Source of the DNA: an uncultured Chloroflexota bacterium
GTDB lineage: Bacteria; Chloroflexota; UBA11872; VXNJ01
Length of the DNA stretch: 64,000 nucleotides
Direction of reading: 5' to 3'
Assembly: GCA_913043205.1 (NCBI GenBank)
Contig: CAJWLF010000013.1
Coordinates: 4,787-68,786 of the forward strand
The notes under the pieces were generated by a model. The model did no database searches. It had not been told where the DNA came from and saw nothing but the letters and a program-made list of their open reading frames with translations. Shown here one piece after another: positions 60,819 to 64,000 of this stretch; position 1 is the first letter of the stretch; each line of letters opens with the position of its first letter. Made by a program: the position numbers and the translations under genes.

Positions 60819-61916
60819 TCAGGAAGAACGTAATTCCTTCAACATTTCCGACAATGTTTCCACAAAAAAGTATTCTCCCCACATCACACTCTCGTTCACT
60901 CCAAGCCCATTGTTTTCATGATATGTCCCATGCAGCAGAATGCCATCCCAATTAGGATCATCGATCGCGAGAAACCCCTTACCTGTCAGCGTGTCCATGA
61001 TACGAAAAGCAATTTCCTTGTAAGAATCAATTTTGGAATGACTTTGAGTCAATCGCGCAAGCCGCCAAAACCCCCCTGCAGCTATGGCGGCAGCCGAACT
61101 CTCATGCAAATTTGCAGGTGACGGCTCGTCCCAATCGTTCGGTGGGATGCCATGGCCAGGCGTTCGCTCTAGATAAAAGTCTGCACATTGCTCTGCTGTT
61201 GCGAGAAATCTTTCATCGTGAGTAAAAGAATATGCGGTCCCAAATCCATATATGGCCCACGCTTGGCCCCGTGCCCAAGACGAATCGGAACGCCAACCCT
61301 GATGGGTACCTTCTCGCAGAAATTCCCCTGCATCAGAAAATATACCTTCATGCGCGGTGCTACCATCACCTCGAACCAAGTACCTTCGTGTCGTCATACA
61401 ATGCTGCAATGCTATATTTTGCAGATCTTGATCACCATCCTCGGCTGCCGCATAGAAAATGATGCCAACATTCATCATGATGTCGATAAACGTGGAGTTT
61501 TTGCCGATAAATGAAGCTAGATATCTACCGCTTTCCTGAAATCTTAGGGCTTGCGTTCTGCCAGCCTGCAGAACCACTTCTTTGGCCTCATAATCACCTA
61601 AAAGATCAAACCATCGCTTCCAACTCGACCAGAACAAAAAGCCGAGGTCGTGAACGTCACGATCATATTCACGACCGATAATCAATTTTGAGTAATCTAT
61701 AGCCTTGTTTTTCCAAGAGGCATCCTGAGTCATCTCATAAAATAGCCACATCATTCCAGCAGGAAACCCATCACACCAGTTGGTCCAAGAATCTCCCTGA
61801 TGGTCCCATTTCCCCTGTTCTGTATAACAGGGTCTAAGGTTAGGATGTTCATTAGTCAGCTTCAAGACTTGCCGCTGAGCAAAACCTAGAGCTTTTTCAT
61901 ACTGATCAATTCGCAA
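60819..61916 (-). CDS. Unsaturated glucuronyl hydrolase (GH88 family)
   Basis: WCDGFPAG..W, HDLGF, FIDIMMN, THQG, SSWARGQAWAIYGF, ESSAAAIAA, WGEYFFVE. Start likely TTG 61916 after GGAGGG. Confidence 0.9.
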   Translation of the reverse strand: MRIDQYEKALGFAQRQVLKLTNEHPNLRPCYTEQGKWDHQGDSWTNWCDGFPAGMMWLFYEMTQDASWKNKAIDYSKLIIGREYDRDVHDLGFLFWSSWKRWFDLLGDYEAKEVVLQAGRTQALRFQESGRYLASFIGKNSTFIDIMMNVGIIFYAAAEDGDQDLQNIALQHCMTTRRYLVRGDGSTAHEGIFSDAGEFLREGTHQGWRSDSSWARGQAWAIYGFGTAYSFTHDERFLATAEQCADFYLERTPGHGIPPNDWDEPSPANLHESSAAAIAAGGFWRLARLTQSHSKIDSYKEIAFRIMDTLTGKGFLAIDDPNWDGILLHGTYHENNGLGVNESVMWGEYFFVETLSEMLKELRSS

Positions 61917-62090
61917 AACACCCTCCGTCTTGCTCTGAATCCTTGCCGATATAACATGCACTAGTGATGAGCAGACATTATCCATTATCCTCTTTCCAGT
62001 AGATTTATGGCAACACACCGTTTGAACACATTTGATATTCGTAAATATCCGTCATTTGCACGGGAAATAGAATCGTGAGGAACTATTCGT

Positions 62091-63002
62091 ATGAACGTTA
62101 ATTGGCAAGGGGTTTACCCCGCCGCAACTACCGGTTTTGACAGTGATGAAAACCTCGACTTACAAGAGACCGCCAAGCATTTTGACTACCTGATCCAATC
62201 AGGCGTACACGGTCTAGTAGCACTTGGCACCGTCGGTGAAAACACTGCTCTTACCCAACATGAAAAGATGATGGTTGTTGAAACGGCCGTCGACACGAGC
62301 AATCAGCGAGTGCCTGTTCTGATAGGAGTCGCCGAAAACTCTACGCGAGAAGCTGCCAATTTCGCCGCTTCATGTGAATCTGCGGGAGTGGACGGACTTA
62401 TGGTGTTACCGGGCATGGTATACAAGGCTGATGCTAAAGAAACAATGGATCACTTCCGCTTAGTAGCCAACGCATCTGAGTTACCAATACTGATATACAA
62501 CAATCCAGTTGCATATGGGGTCGATCTAAAGCCAGAACATTTTTCACAGCTGGCAGACGTTGAAACATTGGTCGCGATAAAAGAATCTTCCGAAGACGTG
62601 CGTAGAATTACGGACATATATAACGCAGTCGGTGAAAGATATACAATCTTTGCCGGCGTAGATGACTTAGCTTTGGAAGCGGCTATGCTCGGCGCTAAAG
62701 GATGGGTAGCCGGCCTAGTTAACGCCTTCCCAACAGAATCAGTTTTACTATGGGAACTAGCAATGTCCGGATCGTGGGAGGAAGCAAGACAGATTTATCG
62801 ATGGTTCAGCCCACTTCTCCACTTGGATACTCACATCAAGCTAGTGCAGTACATAAAACTGACTATGGCCGAAGTAGGATTAGGCTCTGAGACAGTACGC
62901 GCCCCCAGAAGACCGATAAAAGGGGAGGAACGCTCTGAGATAATGAACATTATTCGCGCGGCCATTAAATCAAGACCCAACGTCGATAGGACTCTGACAT
63001 AG
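62091..63002 (+). CDS. DHDPS-family protein, probable 1-pyrroline-4-hydroxy-2-carboxylate deaminase
   Basis: WQGVYPA, LGTVGEN, IYNNP..Y, IKESS, GVDDL, GWVAGLVNAFP, KLVQYIKL; adjacent to a Hyp epimerase. Confidence 0.85.
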   Translation: MNVNWQGVYPAATTGFDSDENLDLQETAKHFDYLIQSGVHGLVALGTVGENTALTQHEKMMVVETAVDTSNQRVPVLIGVAENSTREAANFAASCESAGVDGLMVLPGMVYKADAKETMDHFRLVANASELPILIYNNPVAYGVDLKPEHFSQLADVETLVAIKESSEDVRRITDIYNAVGERYTIFAGVDDLALEAAMLGAKGWVAGLVNAFPTESVLLWELAMSGSWEEARQIYRWFSPLLHLDTHIKLVQYIKLTMAEVGLGSETVRAPRRPIKGEERSEIMNIIRAAIKSRPNVDRTLT

Positions 63003-63016
63003 GAACAGATTCAATA

Positions 63017-63985
63017 ATGAAGCCATATCAAGAAGTAAGAGTCATAGACTCACACACCGCAGGCGAGCCCACCCGCATTGTGATTTCCGGAGGCCCCAAC
63101 TTGGGAAATGGACCATTATCAACCCGCCGAGCGAAATTTCAGTCGGACTTTGATTGGTTCAGATCAGCAACTATGAATGAACCTAGAGGATCCGAAGTGA
63201 TTGTCGGGGGTTTGTTATGTGAACCATACTTCGACGACTGTGTCGCCGGAGTCATATTTTTTAACAACGTGGGATACATCGGAATGTGCGGACACGGGAC
63301 TATAGGACTCATCTCAACGCTCGCCTTCCTAGGTGAAATACAACCAGGCGTCCATCAAATTGATACCCCTGTCGGCGTTGTTAAAGCAGAATTACTCGCA
63401 TCCGGTGAAGTCACTGTGATCAATGTACCCTCGTACTGCCATCGTAACAATGTAGAGGTCGAGCTTGATAATGGAGAAATAGTTACTGGAGACATCTCTT
63501 GGGGCGGCAACTGGTTTTTTTTGGTTGAAGCTCCAGAATTCGATTATTCGATTGCTGGTATTCCATCCCTAACTACCTATGCCAAACAAATCCGCAAAGC
63601 AATTGATAATTCGGGTATCACAGGACGCAATAATCAACGAATAGACCACATAGAGCTATTTGCCCCTCCACACTCCAACGACTCACACAGCCGCAACTTT
63701 GTCCTATGCCCTGGAGGGGCTTACGACAGATCCCCCTGTGGAACAGGAACAAGCGCAAAAATTGCAACTCTATACGAGAGTGGACAGATCAGAGAAGGCG
63801 AACTTTGGAGGCAAGAAAGCATTATCGGCAGCACTTTTGACGCCAGGGTAAATCTGGTTAATGGCCAAATCATTCCCTCCATTACCGGGACTGCCTTTGT
63901 CACTGCTGACTCCAAGTTGATTCTGGATCCTAGAGACCCATACGTCCACGGCATAGCTAGTTCAACATGTTTAACCAGCCCATAA
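63017..63985 (+). CDS. Proline racemase family, probable 4-hydroxyproline 2-epimerase
   Basis: IDSHTAGEPTR, EPRGS..IVG, MCGHGTIG and CPGGAYDRSPCGTGTSA (Cys/Cys pair with the Val and Cys features of Hyp epimerases). Confidence 0.9.
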   Translation: MKPYQEVRVIDSHTAGEPTRIVISGGPNLGNGPLSTRRAKFQSDFDWFRSATMNEPRGSEVIVGGLLCEPYFDDCVAGVIFFNNVGYIGMCGHGTIGLISTLAFLGEIQPGVHQIDTPVGVVKAELLASGEVTVINVPSYCHRNNVEVELDNGEIVTGDISWGGNWFFLVEAPEFDYSIAGIPSLTTYAKQIRKAIDNSGITGRNNQRIDHIELFAPPHSNDSHSRNFVLCPGGAYDRSPCGTGTSAKIATLYESGQIREGELWRQESIIGSTFDARVNLVNGQIIPSITGTAFVTADSKLILDPRDPYVHGIASSTCLTSP

Positions 63986-64000
63986 CAAGATGACTATGAT

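Overview
Bacterial genomic window of moderate GC with dense coding. No rRNA, tRNA, CRISPR or IS element was recognised. Gene style tentatively suggests a Chloroflexota-like, probably monoderm organism; this is inference only. Left to right: (1) a minus-strand surface-glycan locus (wzm/wzt ABC exporter, GT2, GT4, SAM methyltransferase, partial membrane GT-C-like gene) in which four consecutive proteins share one accessory module; (2) nucleotide biosynthesis, pyrG-purA and a PyrR-attenuated pyrR-pyrB-pyrC-carA-carB-pyrK operon with no pyrD; (3) mixed housekeeping and catabolic genes (1-Cys peroxiredoxin, orphan GAF-GAF histidine kinase, MFS, amidase, RluB-like, YyaL-like, atypical sulfatase, Qor, ALDH, CrcB, DadA-like); (4) the most unusual region, 41.7-62 kb, with four divergent GroEL-type units in three genes and no groES. 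One gene is a 1122-aa head-to-tail double chaperonin. It is divergently paired with a degenerate GroEL that precedes a glycyl-radical-family enzyme (altered Gly loop, no activase in the window) and a Rieske ferredoxin. A further GroEL sits inside a GH88 / sugar ABC / CoA-transferase / crotonase / SDR / Fe-ADH / aldolase catabolic cluster; (5) the start of a hydroxyproline epimerase pathway operon. All calls come from motif reading by eye; no searches were run.
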